The notes below the pieces were generated by a model. The model saw only the letters and a program-made list of their open reading frames with translations, was not told where the DNA came from and did no database searches. Below are positions 1-9,058 of a DNA stretch of 64,000 bases, one piece after another. A program made the translations under genes and the position numbers. Every line of letters starts with the position of its first letter. The stretch's first letter is position 1. The stretch spans positions 6,475 to 70,474 of the forward strand of contig JBKQPJ010000017.1 of assembly GCA_052326305.1 (NCBI GenBank). The letters are read 5' to 3'. Source of the DNA: Thermoplasmata archaeon. Its GTDB lineage: Archaea > Thermoplasmatota > Thermoplasmata > Lutacidiplasmatales > UBA184.

Positions 1-25
1 GCGTTCGAGCGGGCGATCGACACTG

Positions 26-820
26 CTACGAAGGGCTCGATGACGGTCCTCTGAGGCGGCGCAGCTCGGAGAAGCCGAGCCCCTCGGTCGGGATCTCGCG
101 GCGGCCGAGCTCGGCGCGCAGGCCCTCCACGTGGGCGTCGCCCACCACGACCGCGAGGCGGAGGAACCCGCGCGCGCGCAGCTGCGCGAGCCGCTCCGCC
201 ATGTGGGCGTTGCGCTCGTCGAGGAGCACCCGGGCGATCGTCGGGCTCGCGCGGCGCAGCTCTTCGACGATCTCCCCCGGATTCTCCACGTACTCCTCCA
301 TCTGCTCCTTCACGATCCGGGAGGGGATGAAGAGACCGGCGATCGAGCCGAGGAGCAGCGTGATCCGTTCCTTCGGCGGCATGGTCGTGAGGAGCCGGTT
401 CAGCATCGCCCGCACGGGATCGTCGATCAAGAAGAGCGGCAGGTTCCGTTCGCGCGCGATGGCGGCCGCCGTGCGCATCTCGGCGCCCGGCATCCCGCCG
501 CCGAGGTCCGCCCCGAGGCGCCGTTGCAGGACCGACCAGAGGCGGGCGAACAGCGGGATGTGGGCGGGCCGGCCCTTCGGCCCTTCGGGCGAGAAGAGCA
601 GCTGCGCCCGCTCCGCGTCGAGCTCGATCGCGATCCCGTCGAGCGGGCGGGCGGTGAGGACGAGGCGGATCGGTTCGGCCAGATCGATGACGTGCGCGGT
701 GCCGATCACGAGGACGGGCGCGCCGGTCGCTCCGCTCTCCACGGTCGACCGAGCCGGCCCGCCCTCTTCTGCCTTGTTCCCGGTCGCGGGGCCTCGACGG
801 GCCGTGCGCACAACCCCCAT
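26..820 (-). CDS. TraB/GumN-family protein (pheromone-shutdown-like); ORF extends to 937 but ATG at 820 preferred
   Basis: Translation contains the VLVIGTAHV TraB-family motif. The internal ATG at 820 avoids overlap with the divergent plus-strand gene. Confidence 0.55.
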   Translation of the reverse strand: MGVVRTARRGPATGNKAEEGGPARSTVESGATGAPVLVIGTAHVIDLAEPIRLVLTARPLDGIAIELDAERAQLLFSPEGPKGRPAHIPLFARLWSVLQRRLGADLGGGMPGAEMRTAAAIARERNLPLFLIDDPVRAMLNRLLTTMPPKERITLLLGSIAGLFIPSRIVKEQMEEYVENPGEIVEELRRASPTIARVLLDERNAHMAERLAQLRARGFLRLAVVVGDAHVEGLRAELGRREIPTEGLGFSELRRLRGPSSSPS

Positions 821-847
821 ATAGGCCGGGCGCGGTCGTCCGGCACC

Positions 848-1153
848 ATGCCGTGGGCCCTCTTTTCCATCCCGTCCGCGAAGAAGGCGGAGCTCGATGC
901 GGCCCTCGCCGACGACGTCGTCTCCCGCCAGAGCCACAAGATCCGCTCCGCGGGGGCCCTCGGGGGGCCGGCCGACCGCACGTACGTACTGATCGAAGGC
1001 TCCGCGGAGGCCGTGCGCCGCGCCGAGGGGCTCCTCGCGCCCCTGGGCGACCGTCCTCCCGCCGCCGAGGCGTCCCTGCTGTACCAGCGGTTCAAGGACG
1101 AGGAGGACGCCGCGTCCGCCGGAATGGGTCTGTTCTTCGGGGACGGCGCGTAA
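848..1153 (+). CDS. hypothetical small protein (101 aa)
   Basis: ATG at 848 lies 24 nt downstream of an ATATAG TATA-like box (819-824). GC3 is high throughout and the ORF is the C-terminal part of the track ORF 131..1153. Confidence 0.4.
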   Translation: MPWALFSIPSAKKAELDAALADDVVSRQSHKIRSAGALGGPADRTYVLIEGSAEAVRRAEGLLAPLGDRPPAAEASLLYQRFKDEEDAASAGMGLFFGDGA

Positions 1154-1156
1154 CCG

Positions 1157-1948
1157 TCACTCTGGATCGGGCGCGTGGGACGGCTCGAGGTCCTCTCCCC
1201 CCGCGAACACGCGCTGGCACGATCGGTAGAACACGTCGAGCCCCAGGCCCTCGGTCGCCGAGGCGGTGAGGAGGTCCGTGAGGGGGGACATCGTTTCGAT
1301 CGCGCGGAACAGCTCGATCGAAAGCTGCACGTCGGGGGTCGGGGCGTCCCGAGTGACGGCAGCGTAGAGCGACTCCGAGTCCTCCGACCACCCCGAGATC
1401 TCGCGGAGCTGCTCGGCATTTAGGACGTCGGACTTCGAGAGGACCTGCAGCATCGGCAGCCGGAACCGGAACTCGACCGTGGCGCTGAGCATGCGGAGCG
1501 AGACGAACCCCCCGGGGGTCCGGGCGAGGGCCGGATCGAACAGGAAGGCGAGGATCGACCGGTCGCCGCTGAGGGCATCGACGATCGCCCGCGACGCCTC
1601 CCGGAACGCGAACAGCTCGATCTGTCCCGGGGTGTCGATGAGGACGTAGTCGGTCTTCAGCTCGGTGACCGCCTGCTTGACGTCGAAGACCTTGAGCGCG
1701 ATCATGTCGGCGGCGGCGACCTGGGCTCCGTTCGGCCCGAGGCCATACTCGTCCTGCACGTCCGGTAGGCGGACCCATTCCCGGATGTCGATGTCCGGGT
1801 TCAGCGCGGGATTCTCGTTCCCCGGATCGAGGTTCACGACGGTCGCGTCGTACCCGGCGGAGCGCATCCAGTCGGCGAAGGCTCGGACGAACGTCGTCTT
1901 CCCCGCCCCGGCCGTGCCGGTGAAGTAGATCGTCCCGGGTTCCTCCAT
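1157..1948 (-). CDS. GPN-loop GTPase
   Basis: P-loop GTAGAGKTT, a GPN motif (DPGNENP), and the DTPGQIE motif typical of archaeal GPN GTPases. Confidence 0.9.
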   Translation of the reverse strand: MEEPGTIYFTGTAGAGKTTFVRAFADWMRSAGYDATVVNLDPGNENPALNPDIDIREWVRLPDVQDEYGLGPNGAQVAAADMIALKVFDVKQAVTELKTDYVLIDTPGQIELFAFREASRAIVDALSGDRSILAFLFDPALARTPGGFVSLRMLSATVEFRFRLPMLQVLSKSDVLNAEQLREISGWSEDSESLYAAVTRDAPTPDVQLSIELFRAIETMSPLTDLLTASATEGLGLDVFYRSCQRVFAGGEDLEPSHAPDPE

Positions 1949-2248
1949 CTACTTCTTCTCCGCCAGGGTCCGCACCTTGCGGACCTCCGCGGCCAGGGCG
2001 CGCAGGGCGGTCGCCTTGGACGTCCCCGCCCGCTTCGTGACCTTCACCCGTCCGCCGTAGACGAAGAAGCGACGAGGGTACTGCTTGGTGGGCTCGTCCT
2101 CGGCCTTCCACCCGAGGCGCTTCGCCGCCAGCGCGATCTCCTCCGCCGTCACGTCCGGCGTCCCTTCGGCCTCGGGGACGCGTCGTCCGTCCGTCCGCGA
2201 GAGCTTGCGATCGAGATAGGCCGGGTAGACGTAGAAGTGGTCCGGCAT
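1949..2248 (-). CDS. srp19: signal recognition particle protein SRP19
   Basis: 99-aa protein with N-terminal VYPAYLD and the basic SRP19 signature. Its stop abuts the GPN start. Confidence 0.85.
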   Translation of the reverse strand: MPDHFYVYPAYLDRKLSRTDGRRVPEAEGTPDVTAEEIALAAKRLGWKAEDEPTKQYPRRFFVYGGRVKVTKRAGTSKATALRALAAEVRKVRTLAEKK

Positions 2249-2267
2249 CGGCTCGGCCGGCGCCGGA

Positions 2268-2660
2268 TCACGCGGGCGCCGAGGGCAGCCGCACGCCGTT
2301 CAGGACGCCGTCCTGCCCCGGTCGGGACCGGACCCGGACGAGCCCGAGCTCGGTCTCGAGGATCGCGCCTTTCGTGATGATGTTGCGCTGGACGAAGTTG
2401 GGATTCGCCGGGTTCTCCCGGACGGTGACGATCCGCGCGGGCTGCATCTTCTTCGTCGCGGGATCGAAGACGTTGATCGTGTGGGCGGTGAGGATCCGGA
2501 GCTTCAGGTTCCCGCCGCGGACGCGGTATCGCTTGACGGTCCCGGTCCCGAGCGTCGCGGTCTGGAGCTCCCGCCCGATCTCGAACCGCCGCTTCTTGCG
2601 GATCGGCCGAAGGCGGCCGCCCGTTCGCTTGCGCCGGGAGCGCCCCTGCCAGATTCCCAT
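2268..2660 (-). CDS. rps8e: 30S ribosomal protein S8e
   Basis: MGIWQGRSRRKRTGGRL N-terminus and overall S8e similarity. Confidence 0.9.
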   Translation of the reverse strand: MGIWQGRSRRKRTGGRLRPIRKKRRFEIGRELQTATLGTGTVKRYRVRGGNLKLRILTAHTINVFDPATKKMQPARIVTVRENPANPNFVQRNIITKGAILETELGLVRVRSRPGQDGVLNGVRLPSAPA

Positions 2661-2846
2661 CGTAACCCCCGAGGAGCGTTCCGACCGGGGTGCCGTATTT
2701 TAGGCTTTCAGCGGGGGGCGCCGGAGGAGCGTCGGCGCCGGGGTCGGTGGACCGGGGGCTTCCGAAGGGCGTCGGAGACCCGGCGATCCGGCTTCCCCTC
2801 TACGGTCTCGCGGAGTCGGGGGCGCGGATTGGCGGACGGCCGCAGC

Positions 2847-3551
2847 ATGATAACGGCGGGGGGAGTGGCCGCCAGGGTGGGGGCGGCCGGCGACGAGACC
2901 GCGGTCGGCATCGACGAGGCCGGACGGGGGGCCTGGCTCGGTCCGCTCGTCGTCGCCGCCGTCGCCGTGCCGTTGCGGCGGATCTCCGAGGTCCCGGGAA
3001 CCGGGGCCCGCGATTCGAAGGAGCTCTCGCCGACGGCGCGCGCGGCGGCCTACGTTCGCATCGCGCAGCTCGGGACGTGCCGGTCGGTCGCGCTTCGTCC
3101 GCGAACGATCGACCGGTCCGTCGCCCGGGGCGAGCTCAACCTGCTCGAGGCGCGGGCCTTCGCCCGGCTCCTTCGCGAACTGTCGCCGCACACCGCCTAC
3201 CTCGATGCGTGCGACGCCAACGCCGAGCGGTTCGGCCGGACGGTCGCCGCGCTGGCCGGGTCGCCGGCCCGGATCATCTCGCGCCACAAGGCCGACCGCG
3301 ACTTTCCCTTGGTGGGGGCCGCGTCGATCGTCGCGAAGGTCCGGCGCGACCGGGCGATCGCGGCCCTCGCGCGGCGCCTGGGCGAGGAGATCGGGAGCGG
3401 GTACCCCTCCGACTCCCGAACGGTCGAGTACGTGCGGCGGACGGTCCCTCCGGGGGGTCCGTTCCCCGACTGGATGCGCGCGGAGTGGGCGACCACGAAA
3501 AGGGTTATCCCCGCGCGTCCCGGTCCAACGCTGGACGGGTTTCTCGGATGA
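2847..3551 (+). CDS. rnhB: ribonuclease HII
   Basis: GIDEAGRGAWLGPLVVAAV catalytic motif. ATG at 2847 is in frame inside the longer track ORF 2481..3551. Confidence 0.9.
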   Translation: MITAGGVAARVGAAGDETAVGIDEAGRGAWLGPLVVAAVAVPLRRISEVPGTGARDSKELSPTARAAAYVRIAQLGTCRSVALRPRTIDRSVARGELNLLEARAFARLLRELSPHTAYLDACDANAERFGRTVAALAGSPARIISRHKADRDFPLVGAASIVAKVRRDRAIAALARRLGEEIGSGYPSDSRTVEYVRRTVPPGGPFPDWMRAEWATTKRVIPARPGPTLDGFLG

Positions 3552-3883
3552 CGGTCGAGGAGACGCTCGCGTCGCTCGTGGAGCGGTTCAATCGGCACGC
3601 GGAGCGGACCCCGGCGATGGCCGAGGAGCTCCAGGGGATCGAGCGGACGATCCGCATCCGTATCACGGACGGCGGCACCTACGCGGTCGACCTCTCGGGA
3701 GGGCGGCTCCGGAACCTGCGGAGCGCGACCTCGGGCCGGGCCGACCTCACGATCACGACGGACGGGGCGACGTTCGACGGGCTCGTGCAGAAGGAGATCG
3801 GTCCGATGAAGGCGCTCGTCCTGCGCAAGCTCGCGATCGACGGCAGCCTCGAGGACAAGCTCCTGTTCCGCAAGCTCCTCTGA
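3548..3883 (+). CDS. SCP2 sterol-carrier-like domain protein
   Basis: 111-aa C-terminal part of track ORF 2690..3883 with an SCP2-like pattern (KALVLRKLAIDGSLEDKLLF). ATGA overlap with the rnhB stop. Confidence 0.65.
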   Translation: MTVEETLASLVERFNRHAERTPAMAEELQGIERTIRIRITDGGTYAVDLSGGRLRNLRSATSGRADLTITTDGATFDGLVQKEIGPMKALVLRKLAIDGSLEDKLLFRKLL

Positions 3884-3896
3884 CGGAGCGTCGGGA

Positions 3897-4394
3897 TCAG
3901 GGCAGGAAGACGCACGCCGCGATGCAGACCCCGTAGTGGTCCATGGGGATGGAGAGCTCCTCGGTCCGATAGTGGATCCGACGAAGCTCCACGCCGCGGA
4001 AATGCGCGATCTCCTGCATCCGCCACCTCAGGAACTCCTTGAGCGACTTCTGCGTGCCGTGCAGATGCCCTTCCGCCACGTACCCGCCCTGGCCGTCGAC
4101 GCGGAAGCCGTAGGCGATCCCGGCGCTGATCACTTCGCCTTCGCCGCCGCCGTGCCGGGCGAGGACGCAGTGCGTGATCGCCCCGCGGGCGATCTTCGTC
4201 CGGTCCGTCTGGCGGATCCCGATCGGGAGGACGGAGGAGACGCTGACCAGGTTCTGCTCCCCGATCCCCGCCTGGAGCAGCGCGAGATCGAAGGCATTGA
4301 GCTCGCTCGTCTTGTTGATCCCCTTCCCGCTCGTGACGAAGAACTTGGACGGTACGGGGAGGAGCGTCTGGGCGGGGGTCTCGGCGCGGGGCAC
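3897..4394 (-). CDS. pdaD: pyruvoyl-dependent arginine decarboxylase
   Basis: Self-cleavage SS site in VSVSSVLP and overall PdaD similarity. GTG start. Confidence 0.85.
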   Translation of the reverse strand: MPRAETPAQTLLPVPSKFFVTSGKGINKTSELNAFDLALLQAGIGEQNLVSVSSVLPIGIRQTDRTKIARGAITHCVLARHGGGEGEVISAGIAYGFRVDGQGGYVAEGHLHGTQKSLKEFLRWRMQEIAHFRGVELRRIHYRTEELSIPMDHYGVCIAACVFLP

Positions 4395-4446
4395 ACCGGG
4401 CCGGGAGGAGACCTCCCGCTTAAGGTTTGGGCGGAGCCGCGCCCCG

Positions 4447-5019
4447 TCAGACCATGATCGCGTGCCGGCCGCGCATCGACGCCTCGGTCTCGCCGCGGGT
4501 CGCGAGCAGCTCGGCGACGATCGCGTCGGTGAGCCGGAGGCTCGCCGATTCGAACAGCGTCCCGAGCGGAGCGTACCTCGGCCGGTCGGCGTCCTCGGGG
4601 AACTCGATCGTCAGGAGGAGCGTGGCCGTGTGGGCGAGCTTCGAGGAGGGGCGCGACGTGAGGACGATCAACTGGGCGCCCTCCCGGCGGACGATGTTCG
4701 CCGTCTGGATCGACGAATAGCTCTCCCCCTGGCCCGAGAGGATGAACACCGCGTCGCCGGGCCGCACGATCGGGGTGACGCTCTCCCCGATGACGTAGGC
4801 GCGCAGACCGGTCTGGACGAGGCGCATCGCGAACGCCCGGCCGATGATCCCGCTGCGTCCGGCCCCGTAGACGAACACCTGGGGCGCGGCGTGCAGGATC
4901 GCGACCGCGCGGGCGATCGCGGCCGGCTCGACGCGGACGAGCGCCTCGGTCACCCGCTCGCCGATGTACCGCTGCGCGCGGACGAAGCGGGAACCGTTAG
5001 CGGGAGCGTCGGTGGCCAC
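4447..5019 (-). CDS. SIS-domain sugar-phosphate isomerase (6-phospho-3-hexuloisomerase-like)
   Basis: SIS fold signature VFVYGAGRSG ... ILSGQGES. Confidence 0.65.
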   Translation of the reverse strand: MATDAPANGSRFVRAQRYIGERVTEALVRVEPAAIARAVAILHAAPQVFVYGAGRSGIIGRAFAMRLVQTGLRAYVIGESVTPIVRPGDAVFILSGQGESYSSIQTANIVRREGAQLIVLTSRPSSKLAHTATLLLTIEFPEDADRPRYAPLGTLFESASLRLTDAIVAELLATRGETEASMRGRHAIMV

Positions 5020-6217
5020 TGCCCCCTCCTTTCGGGGACGGGCGCCGGTGCGTGGACGAGGGCCTCGGGCGCGGGCGGGACCGGCTCGGCCGCGAGGGCC
5101 GGGACCGTGCGGGCGCGACGCGCCGGGGGGGCGGCGTCCGCCCGGGCCGGGCGGGCGTCGCGGGACGGACCGCGGGCTTGGGGGCGGGGCGGGCGGTCGG
5201 CGGCGGGTGGTGCCGCGTCCACCGTCGGGTCAGCGACCGTTCGTAGAGGAGCTTCATGTACATCGCGTCGTGCTCGAGGAGCGGCGAGCTCGAGATCACG
5301 GTGAGATCGTAGTCGCGCTCGGAGAGCAGCTCGGCGAGCGGGTCGAAGCGGACCAGGCCGCGTTTGATCGGAGTGAGGCGGAACTCCCCGGGCCCGTAGA
5401 ACTCGACCCCCGAGAAATTGAGGTAGAGCGGGCCGTCGGTCGCGCGGACGAACTCCTTCAGGATCGGGTCGAGCTCCTCGGGATCCTCGAAGCTCTTGCG
5501 CTCGCGCGCCGCGAGGTGCGGCAGGTTGAGGACCGGCACGGTCCCTTTCGCACGATGCACGAGCTCGAGGACCTCTTCCCTCGACCCGAAGACGTCCGGG
5601 TGACCGCTCGGTTCGATCGCGAGGCGCACCTTCCCCTTCGTCGACTTGTTGAGCCAGTCGGAAAGGTCCGAGACGATGTCGGTGAGCGCCTGCACCGAGT
5701 CCGCGCGCTGGCCCGGTCCGTAGAACCCGAGGTGGGTGACGGCGAGCCGGGCCCCGAGCCCCTGGGCGAGGACCCCGGTCCACTGGATCTGCCGGGTCGA
5801 CTGCTCGCGGGCGTCGTCCGAGCCGAAGAAGTCGACGTAGTACGGGGCGTGCAGGGTCAGGTCGACATCGAGCGCGCGGGCGAGGATGCGGGTCTGCTCG
5901 AGATCGGCCCAATCCTTCGCGAGGCTCCAGGTGAGGGTGGTCAGCGAGTCGCGCCGGCGCAGGGGCGCGGCGAGCGCCTCGGCGGTGGCGGGCGCCGCCG
6001 GCTTGTCCGGCGGGCCGACGCCCACGACCAGCTGCTGCACGAGCTCGCGCGGAAGCTTGCCGATCTCCTCGTCGAGCGCGGGCCGCGTGAGGTGATTAAC
6101 CTTGATGAACTGCACCTCCATCGCCGTGAGCCCGAGATGGTGGACGTCGGCGATCCCGTCCCGCAGCGTCCGGCCCTTACAGGAGAGGGGGATCCCTGCG
6201 GGTCCGAATCGAATCAC
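4997..6217 (-). CDS. xylose-isomerase-like TIM-barrel protein (AP endonuclease family 2 / sugar-phosphate isomerase-epimerase) with an R/P-rich C-terminal tail
   Basis: MIRFGPAGIP N-terminus, HAPYYVDF and IEPSGHP metal-site-like motifs. Roughly 80 aa of Arg/Pro-rich low complexity at the C-terminus. Confidence 0.6.
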   Translation of the reverse strand: MIRFGPAGIPLSCKGRTLRDGIADVHHLGLTAMEVQFIKVNHLTRPALDEEIGKLPRELVQQLVVGVGPPDKPAAPATAEALAAPLRRRDSLTTLTWSLAKDWADLEQTRILARALDVDLTLHAPYYVDFFGSDDAREQSTRQIQWTGVLAQGLGARLAVTHLGFYGPGQRADSVQALTDIVSDLSDWLNKSTKGKVRLAIEPSGHPDVFGSREEVLELVHRAKGTVPVLNLPHLAARERKSFEDPEELDPILKEFVRATDGPLYLNFSGVEFYGPGEFRLTPIKRGLVRFDPLAELLSERDYDLTVISSSPLLEHDAMYMKLLYERSLTRRWTRHHPPPTARPAPKPAVRPATPARPGRTPPPRRVAPARSRPSRPSRSRPRPRPSSTHRRPSPKGGGSGHRRSR

Positions 6218-6261
6218 GACGCACCAGGCCTCAGACAGGGAGGCGGGCCTACTCTACGAAA

Positions 6262-6903
6262 CTATATATCGGAAGCCCGGGGTGCGGGTGCTCCTCGGAC
6301 GGCGGCCTTTCCGGGTCGGAAACCGAGCCCGACGAGGTACATCTCCGAGGAGGCCTCGCGGGACGCCGGCGGCTTCGTCCGCCGGACGCGCGCGAACGTG
6401 CCGGCCATCTCCTCTTCGAGGCCGTCCAGGAGGTCCCCGTCGAACACCTTCGCCGCGAACGCGCCCCCGGGCCGCAGCACCTCGACGGCGACCCCGAGCG
6501 CGAGCCGCACGAGGTCGACCGAGCGCGCGTGGTCGGTCGCGTACGCCCCGCTGATCCGGGGCGACAGATCGGAAAGGACGAGGTCGAACCGTTCGGGGCC
6601 GAGCCGCTCCCTCAGCGTGGGATCGCCGACCCGCCCGCGGACGACCCGGACCCCTTCGATCGGCTCGATCGGGCGCACGTCGACCGCGACCACGCGGCCC
6701 CGGGGTCCGACCCGTTCCGCGGCGACGACGGACCAGCCGCCCGGGGCGGCGCCGAGGTCGAGGACGCGCCGGCCCGGTCCGAGAAGGCGATACCGCCGGT
6801 CGAGGTAATCGAGCTTGAACGCGGCTCGCGACCGGAGGCCCTGGCTCTGGGCCGCCTGGTAGAACGGATCGCGTCGGCGATCGTCCAGGAAACGTCGGCT
6901 CAT
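6262..6903 (-). CDS. rlmE: 23S rRNA (uridine-2'-O)-methyltransferase RlmE/FtsJ
   Basis: FRSRAAFKLDYLD and DLGAAPGGWS SAM-binding motifs. Confidence 0.9.
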   Translation of the reverse strand: MSRRFLDDRRRDPFYQAAQSQGLRSRAAFKLDYLDRRYRLLGPGRRVLDLGAAPGGWSVVAAERVGPRGRVVAVDVRPIEPIEGVRVVRGRVGDPTLRERLGPERFDLVLSDLSPRISGAYATDHARSVDLVRLALGVAVEVLRPGGAFAAKVFDGDLLDGLEEEMAGTFARVRRTKPPASREASSEMYLVGLGFRPGKAAVRGAPAPRASDI

Positions 6904-6952
6904 CGGTCGTTCCCGCTGGCGGAGCTAGCCCCGGCCGGGCGGGCGGGGCCGG

Positions 6953-7027
6953 TGGGGCCGTCCGAATTTGAATCGGAGTCTCTTGCACCCCAAGCAAGAA
7001 GGATGGTCCAAGCTACCCCACGGCCCC
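6953..7027 (-). tRNA. tRNA-Pro (anticodon GGG) candidate
   Basis: Hand-folded cloverleaf: a 7-bp acceptor stem GGGGCCG/CGGCCCC with U8, anticodon stem CTTGC/GCAAG with loop TTGGGGT (T33, GGG, purine 37), and a T-arm TCCGA-TTCAAAT-TCGGA. The D-arm/26 junction is one nt longer than canonical. Confidence 0.5.
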
Positions 7028-7091
7028 GTGCCGGTCGCGCGGCGACCGGGGGCGGCGAGATAATGGTTTGCCCGGGGGGCCGGGCCGCGCC

Positions 7092-7267
7092 TAGCGGACG
7101 AACCACCACGTGGCGATCCCGGCGACGGCGATGATGGCCGTGTTGAGGAGCGCGAGCCAGAAGAACCCCCAGAGGTCGGCCTTTCCCTCCGCGGGGGTCA
7201 TCTCCGGTGAAGGGGTGGAGCTGCCCGGGTGCCGGGCGTAGGGGGTGGTGTACGACTCTTCGCCCAT
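7092..7267 (-). CDS. hypothetical single-TM small protein (58 aa)
   Basis: ATG-to-TAG ORF not in the track. High GC3 and a hydrophobic C-terminal helix (LWGFFWLALLNTAIIAVAGIATWWF). Confidence 0.3.
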
Positions 7268-7321
7268 CGTCCTCCGGCACGACGGGTCCCGCGTTCTTAA
7301 TCCCTCGGTCCGTTCGCGCGC

Positions 7322-8035
7322 CTAGGCCGCGAACCACGGGAGGCGGGCGGCGGGCCCGGTCGGCCGCAGCACGAGGAGGTGGACGTTCGCCCCGGGGTCC
7401 CCGGGGGCGTAGGAGTCGCGGTGGGCGAGCTGGTAGAGCACGAACAGCGCGTCCTCGTCCGAGCGGACGTTGAGCGAGCCGAGCACGTCGATCCCGAACC
7501 GGCGGCGGATGAGGCCGAGCATCTCCTCGAAGTCGATCTGGGCCGACCCTTCGGCGGCCTGGGCGCGGCGGAACAGCCCGACCACGACGCCGGTCGCGAC
7601 CCGCAGGACGTCGCGCGGTTCGACCTTTCGAAGGTGGAAGTGCGGGGAGGCGTCGGCCCGGTCCGCCGGGGGAACGACGAGGATCGAGACGTCGTGCTCG
7701 ATCGTCGGTTCGTCGGGTCCGGCCAGTCGGGTCCAGGCCTCGTCGGCGGCGAGATCGTTCGGGGCCACGAAGATCGCCCGGCGGCGCGCGGCGGCTCCGC
7801 CGCGGCTGCCCGCCAGCCATCGGTCGATCCGCTCCGCGAGCCCGGCCCGCTCGGCCGAGGGAACGAACACGGGGTACGTCCGTCGCGGGACGCCGGCCTC
7901 CTGGACCCAGAACGAGGCGTCGGGCTCGCCCGGCTTGCGCTCGGGAGCGACCCGGGCGTAGCCCAGCCGACGGAGCACGGCCTCGGTGTCCCGGAGTCGA
8001 TCGTCGCTGCTCGGACCCGGTGTCGGAGGGGACAT
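7322..8035 (-). CDS. hypothetical protein
   Basis: Diverse composition. The internal ATG (MSPPTPG) avoids a 41-nt overlap with ctaB. No recognisable domain. Confidence 0.45.
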   Translation of the reverse strand: MSPPTPGPSSDDRLRDTEAVLRRLGYARVAPERKPGEPDASFWVQEAGVPRRTYPVFVPSAERAGLAERIDRWLAGSRGGAAARRRAIFVAPNDLAADEAWTRLAGPDEPTIEHDVSILVVPPADRADASPHFHLRKVEPRDVLRVATGVVVGLFRRAQAAEGSAQIDFEEMLGLIRRRFGIDVLGSLNVRSDEDALFVLYQLAHRDSYAPGDPGANVHLLVLRPTGPAARLPWFAA

Positions 8036-8084
8036 CGGCTCCGAAAGGCACCTCGGACCGAGATAAGCTTCGCGCGCCCCGGCC

Positions 8085-9017
8085 CTACAGGCCCGACGGT
8101 ACGCCGGCCCGGACGAGCGGGGCATTGACCAGGATCGCCGCGACCACCGCGAGCAGGTACGGCCCCGAGAAGATGAACCCGCGCCGGGCGGTCTGCCGGG
8201 AGGCGTCGGTCCACATCGGGAGGGCGAGGGCGACGAAGATCCCTCCCAGCGCGACCAGAGCGACGAGCACCGGCCAGGTGACGGCCCCCGACCAGCCGAT
8301 CAGGATCGCCGCCGGCACGAGGAGCGCGGCCGAGAGGACCACGACCTTCCCGGAGTAGGCGACATCGTCCATCCGGGGGAGCATCGGGAGGTCCGCCCTC
8401 GCGTAATCGTCCCGGAGTAGGATCGCGAGGCTCCAGAAGTGCGGCGGGGTCCAGAGGAAGACGAGCACGGCGAAGGCGATCCCTCCGGTGGTCCAGTGGC
8501 CGACCGCCGCCGCGCTCCCCGCGAGCGCCGGAGCGCTCCCCGCGAACCCCCCGATCACGATGTTCCAGCTGGAACGGCGCTTGAGCCAGGCCGTGTAGAC
8601 CACGACGTACGTCAGCCCCCCGAGCAGGATCGAGAGCCCGGTCAGCAGGTTGAGCAGGAGCGTCGCTCCGCCCACGCCGAGGGCGAGGAGGCCGAGGCCG
8701 ACCGCGAGCACCGCGGAGGCCGGCCCGTTCGCATCGGCGGCCAAGGTGCGCTCCCGGGTCCGATGCATCCGGCGGTCGACGTCGCGGTCGAGGTAGTGGT
8801 TCAGCATCGACGCCCCCGCGCTGGCCGCGGCCCCCGTGGCTACGAGGAGGGCGAGCCGGACGAGGTCGATCGAGCGGGGATCGGCCAGGACGAAGCCGCC
8901 GACGGCGACGGTGCAGATGAGCGCCGTGATCCCCGGCTTGGCGAGCGGAAAGTAGGAGGTCCACGAGGCTCGGGGGGGATCCGATGGAGGGGCCGGGGCG
9001 ATGGGAGGGGTCGACAT
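8085..9017 (-). CDS. ctaB: protoheme IX farnesyltransferase (heme O synthase)
   Basis: UbiA-family polytopic protein; start ATG verified at 9017 (MSTPPIAP...). The conserved NHYLDRDVD motif is present. Confidence 0.9.
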   Translation of the reverse strand: MSTPPIAPAPPSDPPRASWTSYFPLAKPGITALICTVAVGGFVLADPRSIDLVRLALLVATGAAASAGASMLNHYLDRDVDRRMHRTRERTLAADANGPASAVLAVGLGLLALGVGGATLLLNLLTGLSILLGGLTYVVVYTAWLKRRSSWNIVIGGFAGSAPALAGSAAAVGHWTTGGIAFAVLVFLWTPPHFWSLAILLRDDYARADLPMLPRMDDVAYSGKVVVLSAALLVPAAILIGWSGAVTWPVLVALVALGGIFVALALPMWTDASRQTARRGFIFSGPYLLAVVAAILVNAPLVRAGVPSGL

Positions 9018-9058
9018 GGAGGGGGTCCTCGCGGGGGGGCAGAGGTCGGGGGCGGCCT

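Noticed and set aside
131-1153. 340-aa plus-strand ORF antisense to the TraB gene
   Set aside because: R/G/A/P-rich translation typical of GC-rich shadow ORFs; only its last approximately 100 codons (848-1153) look like a real gene.
6904-6952. Possible second tRNA or promoter element between rlmE and the tRNA-Pro
   Set aside because: Too short and no cloverleaf could be folded; likely just the tRNA 3-prime flank or rlmE promoter.
7297-8964. 555-aa minus-strand ORF spanning the hypothetical gene and ctaB
   Set aside because: Arg/Pro/Gly-dominated low-complexity translation in a different frame from the well-supported ctaB; shadow ORF.
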